NCBI GenBank assembly: GCA_963662545.2
Contig: CAXXLL010000002.1
Coordinates: 1,504,001 to 1,568,000 of the forward strand
From: Gammaproteobacteria bacterium
GTDB lineage: Bacteria; Pseudomonadota; Gammaproteobacteria; Ga0077536
Length of the DNA stretch: 64,000 nt
Direction: 5' to 3'
The translations under genes were made by a program, and so were the position numbers. The notes under the pieces are model-generated. The model made no database searches and had not been told where the DNA came from. It was given only the letters and a program-made list of their open reading frames with translations. Of the stretch, positions 30,428 through 40,788 are shown piece by piece (the first letter of the stretch is position 1; the number at the start of each line of letters is the position of its first letter).

Positions 30428-30616
30428 TGATGACCGCGTTGCAGGTGTCGTTTGGACCTGTGATCAATGGTGATGAGCGCGATCCTGTCGCCGTGTTCAA
30501 ACATAAATTCGTCAGATCCCGTTACGAAATAGTCGGCCCCCATGCGTGCGGCAGGTCACTGGCTTTGCGGTGTACAGGGCTTGATCGTACTTGCGGCCGA
30601 AAGCACCCGCAGCGGG

Positions 30617-31180
30617 TCAAGAGAGGTATTGGCCGATCAACAGTTCGGCATTTTGACGAGCGAGGGCAGGCGCGCTGGCGTCACCGCTGACGTGGGCATA
30701 AGCGATCGCACCGTCGAGTAACATCAAGAGACTTTTGGCGAGGTCCTCGGGCTTGGCGGCACCCGCATCTTTGGCGATCCGCGCCATGTAATTCGTGAAC
30801 AGGCGCTTGTTCTCCGCTGCGGCGGCGCGGATGGGATCTTCGGGTTCACGGAATTCGTTTGCCGCCCTGACAAAAAAACAACCGCAGAAGCGGTCGTCTT
30901 GGATCATTTCCTCGACCGCGTCGAAAACGGCCAGGAGGCGTTCGCGGGGGTCCTTGGAACTGTTCTCAATTTTCTTCATGACCGCGTTGCGCCAGGCTTC
31001 GTCGGTGCGGCGTACGCAGGCGAGTATGAGTTCCTCCTTGGAGCGGAAATGATTGTAGAGGGTCATCTTGGCGCAACCGGATGCTTCGAGGATGCGATCG
31101 ATGCCGGTGGCGCGGAATCCGTATTGCTGAAACAGTGCCGAGGCACAGTCGAGCAGGCGCTCCCTTTTGCTCACTGTCAT
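30617..31180 (-). CDS. TetR/AcrR family transcriptional regulator
   Basis: GFRATGIDRILEASGCAKMTLYNHFRSKEEL; GCFF motif. Confidence 0.92.
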   Translation of the reverse strand: MTVSKRERLLDCASALFQQYGFRATGIDRILEASGCAKMTLYNHFRSKEELILACVRRTDEAWRNAVMKKIENSSKDPRERLLAVFDAVEEMIQDDRFCGCFFVRAANEFREPEDPIRAAAAENKRLFTNYMARIAKDAGAAKPEDLAKSLLMLLDGAIAYAHVSGDASAPALARQNAELLIGQYLS

Positions 31181-31320
31181 ACAGTGGATCTCGCTTAAAC
31201 AGCTCAGTCTAGGCCATTCTAGAGCAGAATCGCTGGTGTTCAAGCATTTAGCGGGCGCACTCCTTAATTCAACCCGACTATCCTCGGTTCAAAATTGTCC
31301 GGCCCCGGCTCCGCCACCGC

Positions 31321-31349
31321 TTGACTGTACAGACTTGTCTGTCTATCCT
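31321..31349 (+). promoter_or_regulatory. Sigma70-type promoter overlapped by a palindromic operator
   Basis: TTGACT-N17-TATCCT; palindrome ACAGAC-TT-GTCTGT at 31329-31342 in the spacer. Confidence 0.65.
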
Positions 31350-31355
31350 AGCATC

Positions 31356-31495
31356 ATGTCGAGGCATCGACACGACGGCGGCACACTCTCAAAGCTGTTC
31401 CGCCTCCCCCGCTAGCGTCCTCGTTCCCCCCGAGCGCTAGTACTGCCTTTACCCGCCGGCGCCGCGATCCCCCATTACGTCGCCGGCGGGTTTTC
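31356..31495 (+). ncRNA. Candidate small RNA or attenuator leader with C-rich loops
   Basis: Lies between a promoter and an intrinsic terminator; three TCCCCC motifs, two of them in hairpin loops. Confidence 0.45.
31451..31495 (+). terminator. Rho-independent terminator
   Basis: ACCCGCCGGCG...CGCCGGCGGGT stem followed by a short T run. Confidence 0.65.
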
Positions 31496-31621
31496 TCGAT
31501 CGCGGGTGGAAGATCACGTACAAATAGCCGGCCGCTGACACCTGACGGTCCGGGGAAAATGTGCGATGGTTAGTCGAGCCAGATGCTTACTGCCTTGTGC
31601 GGGCGGAACGTCGGCGGATTA

Positions 31622-32548
31622 ATGATGCTTATCTGGATCCTCGGCACCGTATTCACGCTGTTCATCGTCGCCGCCGCGATCTATTTCGTCGCGCCGGGCG
31701 TCCTGTTCAATCTCGCGATGGCGCTGGCACGCCGTAACGGCGGGCTCACGTGTAAGCAAGTCACCGTCGACGGACACTGCATTCCATACCTGGAAGGGGG
31801 CTCCGGGGAGCCGCTGTTGTTGCTTCACGGCTTTGCGGCAAACAAGGATCATTGGACCTTGATCGCGCCCCTGCTGACGCGGCACTTTCACATCATTGCC
31901 CCCGACATACCCGGGTTCGGGGACAGCAGCCGCCACCAGGACGCTTGTTACGGTCTCGACGAACAGCTTGCGAGGATCGCCGGGTTCGCCGATGCGCTCC
32001 ACCTCGACGAATTCCATCTCGGCGGCAATTCGATGGGGGGCTATCTTGCGGCTATGTTTGCCGCACGGCATCCGGGCAAAATCAAAAGCCTCTGGTTGCT
32101 GGCACCCGCCGGCGTGCTGTCAGCCGAACCCAGTGAAATGCAGGAAATGTTCGAGCACGGAGACAATCCGCTGCTGGTCGACGGCGCCCGGGCTTTCGAT
32201 GATCTGGCGGATCTCGCGTTCACCGTCCAACCACCCATGCCGGCACAGTTCAAACGCCCACTGATCAAACGTGCGGTAGCGGAAGCCCCCTTCAACGCTA
32301 AGATTTTTTCAGAGATGTTTACCGATCCAGTCGGCCTCGAACCCGAGCTCGAAGGTTGCGACGTGCGTTCGCTGATCGTTTGGGGCGATCAGGATCGGCT
32401 TTTGCATTCAAGCGGTGCGGAGATCCTGCACCGCCTGTTGTCCAGCAGCGAGTGTCGCGTCATGTCGCTAATGGGGCATGTGCCGATGGTCGAACGGCCG
32501 GCGGAAACGGCCGCAGATTACCTGCGGTTCCAGGGCAAGCTGGGGTGA
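31622..32548 (+). CDS. Alpha/beta-fold hydrolase (lipase/esterase) with N-terminal membrane anchor
   Basis: LLHGF, GNSMGG nucleophile elbow, WGDQD, GHVPMVE. Confidence 0.92.
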   Translation: MMLIWILGTVFTLFIVAAAIYFVAPGVLFNLAMALARRNGGLTCKQVTVDGHCIPYLEGGSGEPLLLLHGFAANKDHWTLIAPLLTRHFHIIAPDIPGFGDSSRHQDACYGLDEQLARIAGFADALHLDEFHLGGNSMGGYLAAMFAARHPGKIKSLWLLAPAGVLSAEPSEMQEMFEHGDNPLLVDGARAFDDLADLAFTVQPPMPAQFKRPLIKRAVAEAPFNAKIFSEMFTDPVGLEPELEGCDVRSLIVWGDQDRLLHSSGAEILHRLLSSSECRVMSLMGHVPMVERPAETAADYLRFQGKLG

Positions 32549-32663
32549 AACTGGCGCAACCTTCCTGGTAATGCCGGCATTTCACCAGGCGGCCCTGCTA
32601 GTACGCCATGACACGGTATTAGGAGGTAAGATCGGCGCTATTGAACCAGTCGAGGAGGGGATC

Positions 32664-33053
32664 ATGCAGAATCGGCACGGGGAACTTTACGACATCACAA
32701 TAAAATTTCTCGATGCGTTCAATCGCAACGACCTCGACGGCGTCATGTCATTCTTCACTGACGATGCAGTCTACGAAGAACTTCATGGCAAGGTAAATGA
32801 AGGCAAACCCGCCATTCGAGAAGCGTTCGCACCACAGTTCGAGGGTGCGTTCGGTAAGATGGAGTTCATTGAAGACGATACCTTTATCGATGCCGATGCC
32901 GGCAAGATCATGAGCAGTTGGGACCTGCATCTCGACATGGATGGTGTGCCATCCATTCTTAAGGGCCTCGACCTTCTACAGTTCGACGGTGACAAAATCA
33001 TTCGCAAACAAACCTTTGTCAAAGCGAAAGCGCCGCTGTATGAAGACCGTTGA
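32664..33053 (+). CDS. NTF2/SnoaL-like protein
   Basis: FLDAFNRNDLDGVMSFFTDDAVY; GAGGAGG RBS. Confidence 0.85.
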   Translation: MQNRHGELYDITIKFLDAFNRNDLDGVMSFFTDDAVYEELHGKVNEGKPAIREAFAPQFEGAFGKMEFIEDDTFIDADAGKIMSSWDLHLDMDGVPSILKGLDLLQFDGDKIIRKQTFVKAKAPLYEDR

Positions 33054-33624
33054 ACCGTTTACACGTCATTAAATTCAACGGGTGGCGAGCGGCCGTCGTC
33101 ATCGATGCCGGTGAACTACCTCCTCGCAGTTTTGGACTTCGACGATCGATGAAAACGGAGACCGAACGGCTGCGCCGGGGGCGCTCCGCTGCCCGGTAAC
33201 CACCATGAGCGAAGAAAAACTCCGCAACGCGCTGCGCCCCGGACACAAGCTGCACTGGTACCAGATCGAAAAGGTCCTGGGGCAGGGCGGATTCGGTATC
33301 ACTTATCTGGCTTACGATGCGAATCTCGATCAGCATGTTGCGATCAAGGAATATCTGCCGATGGAACTCGCCGTTCGCGAAGGCGATTTTTCGGTTTATC
33401 CCGCTTCCGAGGCGCAGGACGAACGCTACAAGTGGGGACTGGATAGATTTTTAACCGAAGCGCGGACGCTCGCACGCTTCAAGCATTCAGCGATCGTCCG
33501 GGTCATGAGCGTATTCGAAGAGAACAATACCGCCTACATGGTCATGGAATACCAGCAGGGACAAAGCCTGCAGGAGTTGCTGGAACGCGAGCGGACCCTG
33601 ACTGAAAGCGAACTCATCGACCTA

Positions 33625-34769
33625 AATAGGTGTTCCAAAAACTCGATCAAATAAAAAGAACTCAGGTGACATTCAGAGATCAGAGGTTGTATCGAGCAAT
33701 CTACGTTCCCGAAAGAGGTCACCTGAGTATGGATAGTTTAGTGTCATTGACGCGCTCACAGAAACGTCGCTTTAAGCGGTTGATTCAACGCAGCGATAAC
33801 GGGCGGGTGGTTCGCCGCGCTCAAGTCCTGTTGCAGTTAGTTTCAGGCGTCTCACCGACGGCCGTGTCACGCAGTTTGTCGGTCGCGCGTTCAACGGTTT
33901 ATCGATGGGTCACGCAATTCCAGACCGCGGGTGAAGCCTTTCTCGAGGCGTGCGGCTCGGGCCGGCGGGCGTATACGGTGGATGACACCCTGTTGGAGAC
34001 GCTCGCCGAGTTAGTTGAGCAGCCGCCCAGTGATTATGGCTACCTGCGCAGTACGTGGACGAGCGAGATGCTGGCCGAGACGCTGAATTCGTTGCTGTCA
34101 CGGCCCATTCACGCCTCTACGGTACGTCGCTGGCTAGTTAATTTGGGATTCGGCTGGCGTCGTGCTCGTCCGACCTTACATCTGCGCGACCCACGGGCAG
34201 CCACGCGCCTGAAAGCCATTCATCGTGCGTTGTCTCGAGCCCCATCGGGGCATGAAGTGTTTTACGCCGATGAGGTCGATATCGACCTCAATCCCAAAAT
34301 CGGTTTCCTTTGGTCTACTCAAGGTTGTCAACGTGCCATCCCCACGCCTGGGCAAAACCGGAAACGCTATCTGGCGGGCGCGCTGCACGCACGAACCGGT
34401 CGCGTTGCGTATGTCGAGGGCACACGGAAAAACAGCGACCTATTCCTTTGCCTGCTCGACCACCTGCGGCAAACTTACCGCGCCGCGCGTCGAATTATCT
34501 TGATCGTGGATAACTACATCATCCACAAATGTCGCTTGGCACACGTCTGGCTAAAGCACAATCCGAAATTCCGATTGCTGTTCCAGCCGGCCTATCAGCC
34601 CTGGGTCAATGACATTGAGAAACTCTGGAAACAGTTGCACGACAATGTCACCCGGAATCATCGTTACTCGACCATCGACCGTCTGATGGACGCAGTACGT
34701 GCCTTCATGCGTGCGGCAAGTCCATTCCCGGGAAACTGCCCGAGTGTCGCAAGATTTGGATCACCTATT
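33625..34769 (+). mobile_element. IS630-family insertion sequence
   Basis: IRs AATAGGTG/CACCTATT; TA duplication at 33623-33624 and 34770-34771 in a CTAG target. Confidence 0.93.
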
Positions 34770-34772
34770 TAG
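33729..34772 (+). CDS. IS630 transposase
   Basis: HTH N-terminus, YADE, IVDNYIIHK, QPAYQPWVNDIEKLW. Confidence 0.92.
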   Translation: MDSLVSLTRSQKRRFKRLIQRSDNGRVVRRAQVLLQLVSGVSPTAVSRSLSVARSTVYRWVTQFQTAGEAFLEACGSGRRAYTVDDTLLETLAELVEQPPSDYGYLRSTWTSEMLAETLNSLLSRPIHASTVRRWLVNLGFGWRRARPTLHLRDPRAATRLKAIHRALSRAPSGHEVFYADEVDIDLNPKIGFLWSTQGCQRAIPTPGQNRKRYLAGALHARTGRVAYVEGTRKNSDLFLCLLDHLRQTYRAARRIILIVDNYIIHKCRLAHVWLKHNPKFRLLFQPAYQPWVNDIEKLWKQLHDNVTRNHRYSTIDRLMDAVRAFMRAASPFPGNCPSVARFGSPI

Positions 34773-37487
34773 TCAAGCCGATGCTGGACGGCTTGGAAAC
34801 GATCCATAGCCAAGGTTTTATTCACCGCGATATCAAGCCCTCGAATATTTACATTCATGACGACGGTCAACCCGTGCTGCTGGATTTCGGTTCAGCGCGC
34901 CAGGCGCTAGGCGAACACACGCAAACGCTGACCAGCGTCGTGTCACCGGGATATGCGCCATTCGAGCAGTATTACTCGAGGAGCGATCGACAAGGTCCGT
35001 GGACGGATATCTATGGGCTGGGCGCAACGCTTTACCGATGTATTACCGGCCTGCAGCCGATGGCCGCCATCGACCGCAGCGAAGCCATTCTCAAGGCCGA
35101 GCGGGACGTCTTCGTAGCGGCTTCGGAAATCGGGGCCGGAAAGTACTCCCATGCATTTCTTGCCGCGGTCGATCACGCCCTCCAATTCAACGAGAAGAAA
35201 CGTCCTCAGACGATAGCCGAGTGGCGTCAGCAATTCGATTTCTCACCCAGCGGTGAGGTCGAACCGCGCGACAGCCTTAACACGACCTACCCCGATCACG
35301 CGACGACCCGATTCAGCGAAGTCCTCGACGATACCTTCGACATCACGACCGGAGCCCTGTTCGATTCTGAGGTGCGCGACACCGAGCCGCAGAGCCGCCC
35401 GTCCACGCGTTCAAAACCGCATAGCGCTCCGTCCGGCCCGTCATTACCATCGGATACGACACCACGTTCGGCACGCCGGACACGCCAGGAAAAACCGGCA
35501 AGCGCCCCGCTGACGGCGACGATCTTCGACGCGGCCAAGCGCCGACTTTGGCCAATAACGTTCTTAATCTTGGTGGTCACGGCGGCGGCCTGGTATTTTC
35601 GCGACTCGGGATTCATTCCTCAGCTTGTGTTGACTTCCAAGAGCGGGCAGGAAGCGCGGCGCTTGATCGAGCAGGGCGATCGGGCGCTTGCCGCGGGACA
35701 GGTATTTGAACCCTTTGATAACAGCGCGCTCGCCTTCTACGTTGCGGCGTATGCCGCCAGTTCGAAGGACCCGGCGGTCCGTCACGGCTTGACCATAGCG
35801 GGTGAGAGCCTGGTTAGCGCGCTTGAAGAAGCGATCGTGATCGATGACATAGGGCGGGCCGAAGCCCTCGGCAAAACACTTCTTACGATCCCGGGTGAGG
35901 TATTCGATCCAACAGCGGCGCAGACCGCGCTCGCAAGCGCCCGGGGGCGATGGGCGGAATACAGCAGGAGGTCTGAAAGAATAGAGGGTTTTTTGAATGC
36001 GGCCGTACAAGACCTCGAACGTGGGCGTCTGTTGGGCCCCGGCACGGACAATGCATTGGCTAAATACCGTGCGGTGCAAATCCTTGAACCCGAGCACCAA
36101 GGAGCGGCTAAAGGACTGCTGGATTTAGGCGTGCGGGTCGCGGCGCTCGGCAGTAAAGCACTCGATGGAGGTAAGGCGGATGAAGCAGGAAAATGGCTGG
36201 CGCAGGCGCGCATGCTGAATCCGCAGGCACCGGAGGTGGCCGCACTCGAGTCCGGGTTGTCCAAGCTTAGGTCGAAGGAAACGGCCACGGAGGTGCGCCA
36301 GTCCGAGATCAACCAGTTGTTGCAGACCGCAATCACCGACGTCGCCGCCAATCGCTTATCGAGTCCCGCGGGCAAGAACGCACTGGAGCGTTATCGGCGC
36401 GTACTCGAACTCGAACCGGGCCATCCCGTTGCGCTAGCTGGTATCGAAGACATACGTGATCGATACATCGCGCAGGCGACGACCGCCCTGCGGAACGAAG
36501 ATTTCGAACGGGCCGCTGCCAATCTCGCCAAGGCGCGCAAGGTACAACCCGGGTCGCCGAAGGTGCGCGCGCTCGAACAGGATATCGCGGCGACGCGCGA
36601 GCGGATGGACCGCGACGAAGCCGCACGTCTCGCCGCCGAGGCCGAACAACGAATCGACCAGGAGGCACGTTTGCGCGCGGAGGCCGAACGAGTACGCATG
36701 GAGGCCGAGCGCAATCGCAAGCAGCGCCAGGAGGCGGAAGCCATGCGCCTGCTGGCGGAAGCGGAGCGCAAGGCGGCCGGGGAAAAGGCGCGGGCGGAAT
36801 CCCAGGAAAAGATCGATGCCGAATTGGCGCGGCCGCGGATCGTGGTCGATTTTTACGGTTTTCACCCGAAATTCAGCCGCTATGCTCTGACGCCGGAACG
36901 GGTCATGCACGAGGTCGAACCGATGCTCACCAACGCGGGCTACGAAATCGTCAAGCGCCACGACGTGCACGATGTGGGCCGCGCCTGGAGCAACGTAAAG
37001 CTTCTCGTCTTCAAGCTCTACGTCAACGAAAATACGGCGACGGGGCTTTATTCGTACATCGGATCGGTTAACTTTTTCCGGGATGAGGCAGTTCTGTTGG
37101 GCCTGCGGGAGGCGATCGACACCAAAGCGCTGTGGACCCGAGGTCAAAATGGATTGGGTCCGCCGACGGATTTGCAATATCTAGTCGACCGGTTCGCGAC
37201 CTTGACCCAGGATTTTCTGAGGGATTCCAAACGCTGGCGTAAATAGCGGGTGAAGTGAAGTGATAATGGTCGCTAAATAGGTTTAAAATGAACCACATAG
37301 GTGAAATACGATAGATTATTATGTGGTCCAACAGAAAAAGGGGCCGCGGCGAATAGGTTTTGGAGCGGTAATTTCCGCCAAAAACGGCGTGCCGATTGAA
37401 CCAATGGCCCGATTCGCGTTACAAACCGGACAGAGGGTGTAGTGTGTGCGGCGAGCCTGACGCGTGACCGGGGCTCCAGCGCCACGA

Positions 37488-38087
37488 ATGATGAATAAGC
37501 AAAAAGCAGAAAAACCGGAATCGGGATCGGACCACGATCTCCTGAGATTACGCTCGCTTTACAGCGGAGGCGGTCAGTTCGAATCCCTGTATCGCGAGTT
37601 CTATCCGCGCTTGTTCGAGTTCATCGTGCGCATACTCGGCCAACCGGACGGTGTTGAGGAAACGATCAACGACACGATGTTGGTGGTCTGGAACAAGGCC
37701 GACGAATTTCGCGGTCAATCCAAGGTTTCGACGTGGATTTTCGGTATCGCCTACAGAAAGGCGCTCAAGCGACTCAAGGCGAACAAACGCGTGGCCGAGA
37801 GAGAGTTACAGCGGGATGCAGAAATGGTGGACACACGTGATCCGGCTGACATCGTCGGACACGGGAAATCCTTGGAGCGAATCCGCGCCGCGGTTGGAAG
37901 CCTGCCGCCGGCGCAGCGTAGTGTCGTACATCTGGCCTTTTTTTATGGTTACAGCTATTCGGAAATCGCCAAGATCGTGGATTGTCCGGTCAACACGGTA
38001 AAAACGCGGATGTTCTATGCGCGGGAACGCCTCCGTCCGGTACTCGATCAGGCGAAGAACAAGGAGATTTCCGGTGAAGATCGGTAA
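37488..38087 (+). CDS. ECF-type RNA polymerase sigma factor
   Basis: FRGQSKVSTWIFGIAY, SYSEIAKIVDCPVNTVKTRMFYAR. Confidence 0.93.
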   Translation: MMNKQKAEKPESGSDHDLLRLRSLYSGGGQFESLYREFYPRLFEFIVRILGQPDGVEETINDTMLVVWNKADEFRGQSKVSTWIFGIAYRKALKRLKANKRVAERELQRDAEMVDTRDPADIVGHGKSLERIRAAVGSLPPAQRSVVHLAFFYGYSYSEIAKIVDCPVNTVKTRMFYARERLRPVLDQAKNKEISGEDR

Positions 38088-38772
38088 TCAAGACATCATG
38101 CATCCAGCGCACGATCGCGTTTGGGAAATGCTGCCCTGGTACTACAACGATACCCTCGATCCCTCCAGGCGCGGCGAAGTCGAAACGCATCTTGGCGAGT
38201 GCCTTGTCTGCGGGCGTGAGATCCGTCGTCTCGAGCGTTTGTTCGAGGCGGTTGCGGCGCCGGCCGAGGAACATGCCTGCGCGCAGGCGTATTTACGCCT
38301 GTCCGATCGGATCCATGCCGGGAACCGGGTGCCGCAGATGTGGACCGGCAAGCTGTTGGCTGGACTCAGAACGATTTTTGAACCGGCGCCGTTCATCGCC
38401 GGGGCGTCGGTGCTCGTCGTCTCTTCTATTCTGGTTGCGGTGATCGTGGTTAGCGGTGACGCCAAGCTGGCCGCTGTCGAGCAACCATTTCAGACGCTCG
38501 GCCACCAGGAGAAAGTGTCGGCACCATTGTCCCACCCATTGTTTCGCATCGTTCTCGAGGGCGAGCCGAATGCGGCCGGACTTGATGACTGGCTTAAACG
38601 ACACGACGCGGAATTGATCAATGGCCCATCGGTAATCGGCGTCTTGACCGTGAAAATCGCGATGGGAAGGCGCAGTTTCGAAACCGTGCTTAACGAGATG
38701 CGAGCAGACGGTGAAACCATTTTCGTCGAACCCGTAGACCTCATAGGGGCGCGCCCGGACAGACGACGGTGA
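38074..38772 (+). CDS. Zinc-finger (ZAS) anti-sigma factor
   Basis: LPWY...HLGECLVC motif, one transmembrane segment, overlaps the sigma gene. Confidence 0.85.
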   Translation: MKIGNQDIMHPAHDRVWEMLPWYYNDTLDPSRRGEVETHLGECLVCGREIRRLERLFEAVAAPAEEHACAQAYLRLSDRIHAGNRVPQMWTGKLLAGLRTIFEPAPFIAGASVLVVSSILVAVIVVSGDAKLAAVEQPFQTLGHQEKVSAPLSHPLFRIVLEGEPNAAGLDDWLKRHDAELINGPSVIGVLTVKIAMGRRSFETVLNEMRADGETIFVEPVDLIGARPDRRR

Positions 38773-39896
38773 CGAAAAGCATCAGGCTGATCTGCGCAGC
38801 GCTCGCGCTCGCATCGGCTACGATAGTGAGCCACGGCGCCGAACCCGATTCTTCGCCTACCGGACCGAGCATCCGGCTTCACTCGGAAGCGGATAAACTA
38901 CAACAGATCCTCGTCGTGCTCGATGAAACCGTCGAGCGGTCATTTTGGTTGTCCACGGAACTGGAAGAGTCCTACGGCATTACGCTCGTTGACAGCCGCC
39001 CCCTTGAATCGCTCGGCGTGCATTGCGCCGTTTACTCGCTGGCGGGCGGACAGGATCGGGACGCGCTCATCACTCAATTGAACGCCGATCCCAGAATCTG
39101 GCGGGCGCAGCCGGTGTTGGTGCACAGGGTGGCTGGCATGCCAGCCAAAGATCCGTATTTCGATGTGCAAATGCGCACGCGTTCGGGCGGCGTCATCGCG
39201 GTCCTACAGCGCGGTACCGGCCGCAACGTACGCATTGCCGTTATCGATACCGGCGTCGACTCGGATCATCCCGACCTCGTCGGGCAGATCGCAGAAAGCC
39301 GCAATTTCGTCGGCGGCGACAACGCCGCTATTCCCGCCGAATTCCATGGTACCGCTGTGGCCGGTTTAATTGTGGCGAATGCGGGCAACGGCGTCGGCAT
39401 ACACGGTCTCGCGCCGCACGCGGAGTTGTATGCGCTACGCGCATGCTGGGAACCGCGTTACGGTTTCGGCCTCTGCAGCACCTACACCTTGGCCCAGGCG
39501 CTCGACTACGCGATTGAGGTCCGCGCGCGCATCATCAACCTCAGCCTCGCCGGGCCCGACGATCCCCTGCTTACGGAATTGGTCACCCGCGCGATCGAGT
39601 TGGGTGCCATCGTCTTCGGTGCCGTCGGCGAAGAAAAGACACAAAGCTTTCCGGCTTCGATCGCCGCCGTGATAGCGGTCGATCAGGGCCGCGCCAGCGA
39701 CATTGAAATTCCGGGGCCGCGCCTAACGGTACCCGGGCAGCAACTGCTTACGACGGTGTCCGACGGTCGATACGATTTCGTTTCCGGTTCGTCGTTCGCG
39801 ACCGCGCATGCCAGCGGCGTAGCCGCGGTGTTGCTCGAGGAGCAACCCCACCTAAAGGCGCAGCAGTTGGCCGAGTGGCTGCACCGGCTCCTCTGA
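38769..39896 (+). CDS. Secreted S8 (subtilisin-like) serine peptidase
   Basis: AVIDTG, HGTAVAG, SGSSFATAH triad. Confidence 0.92.
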   Translation: MTKSIRLICAALALASATIVSHGAEPDSSPTGPSIRLHSEADKLQQILVVLDETVERSFWLSTELEESYGITLVDSRPLESLGVHCAVYSLAGGQDRDALITQLNADPRIWRAQPVLVHRVAGMPAKDPYFDVQMRTRSGGVIAVLQRGTGRNVRIAVIDTGVDSDHPDLVGQIAESRNFVGGDNAAIPAEFHGTAVAGLIVANAGNGVGIHGLAPHAELYALRACWEPRYGFGLCSTYTLAQALDYAIEVRARIINLSLAGPDDPLLTELVTRAIELGAIVFGAVGEEKTQSFPASIAAVIAVDQGRASDIEIPGPRLTVPGQQLLTTVSDGRYDFVSGSSFATAHASGVAAVLLEEQPHLKAQQLAEWLHRLL

Positions 39897-39942
39897 AACT
39901 CTGCGGCAAGCCTGACTTTATTACGTCACAGGCATGGCGCTT

Positions 39943-40788
39943 TCATGGCATGTCGCTGCGGGTTAGCGACCACTGCTCACCGTTCACCGACGCACGCTGT
40001 TCCGCTTCGAGTTTCAAAAGGTGCGCGTGCAAGGACTTCGCGGCCCATGGATGCAGGCTTTTATCGACGTCGTTGTAGACCACCGGTGTCAACGCTCCGA
40101 TATCAGCCTCGCTCAGGCGTTCAAGCGCATCGATGACTTTCTGCTCGCGTTTGAGACGGTGTGCGATGAGGTAGCGGATTTCACCGTGCGGGTCACTGAT
40201 CAAATCACCGTGACCAGGGGCGATGAATTCGACATCGTATTCGAGCATGCGCTCTAGAGACGCCATGTAGTGTGTCATATTGCCGGCCGGCGGGACGATG
40301 ACGACGGTCGATCCGCCCATGATGTGGTCGCCGGTCATCACGATCCGATCCTCCTCCAGCAGGTAGCATACGTGGTTGCTGACATGGCCGGGGGTAAGCA
40401 GGGCGCGTAGGGTAAATTCCGTTGTCTCCAATCGCTCGTCCTGCGCGACGGCCCGCGCTCCTGAGAAGCTCGTATCCTGATAGCCGTCGTTCTCGATGAC
40501 ATTACCGATGAGTTCCGCACCGGTGCGATCGGCGATCGCGCGCGCGGCGGGTGAATGGTCGCGGTGCGTATGGGTGACGAGTATCCACTTGAGCCTCTTG
40601 CCGAACAACTTGACGATGGCATCGATGTGTTCGTCGATAGCGGGCCCGGGATCGACCAGCGCGAGTTCTTCGTGACCAACAATGTAGCTGTTGGTACCGG
40701 GGCCGGTCATCTTGCCGCCATTCGGCGCGGTGATTCGCCGCAACCTGGGCGACAGGGCGACCGCGCTTCCATAGCTTATTTCAGGCAT
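39943..40788 (-). CDS. MBL-fold metallo-hydrolase (LACTB2-like)
   Basis: MTGPGTNSY, THTHRDH, TPGH, PGHG. Confidence 0.9.
   Translation of the reverse strand: MPEISYGSAVALSPRLRRITAPNGGKMTGPGTNSYIVGHEELALVDPGPAIDEHIDAIVKLFGKRLKWILVTHTHRDHSPAARAIADRTGAELIGNVIENDGYQDTSFSGARAVAQDERLETTEFTLRALLTPGHVSNHVCYLLEEDRIVMTGDHIMGGSTVVIVPPAGNMTHYMASLERMLEYDVEFIAPGHGDLISDPHGEIRYLIAHRLKREQKVIDALERLSEADIGALTPVVYNDVDKSLHPWAAKSLHAHLLKLEAEQRASVNGEQWSLTRSDMP

Larger units (their letters stand above)
33205..37246 (+). pseudogene. Membrane Ser/Thr protein kinase with TPR/coiled-coil C-terminus, interrupted by IS630
   Basis: LGQGGFG, VAIKEY before the IS; HRDIKPSN, DFG, GYAPFEQY after it; removing the IS restores ELIDLVKPMLDGL. 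Confidence 0.9.

Noticed and set aside
36590-36820. Repetitive GCCGAG/GCGGAG-rich DNA
   Set aside because: It encodes the Ala/Glu/Arg coiled coil of the kinase and is not an independent repeat
37272-37330. CTAAATAGGT resembling the IS630 end
   Set aside because: Only about 10 bp match, with no partner end or transposase remnant
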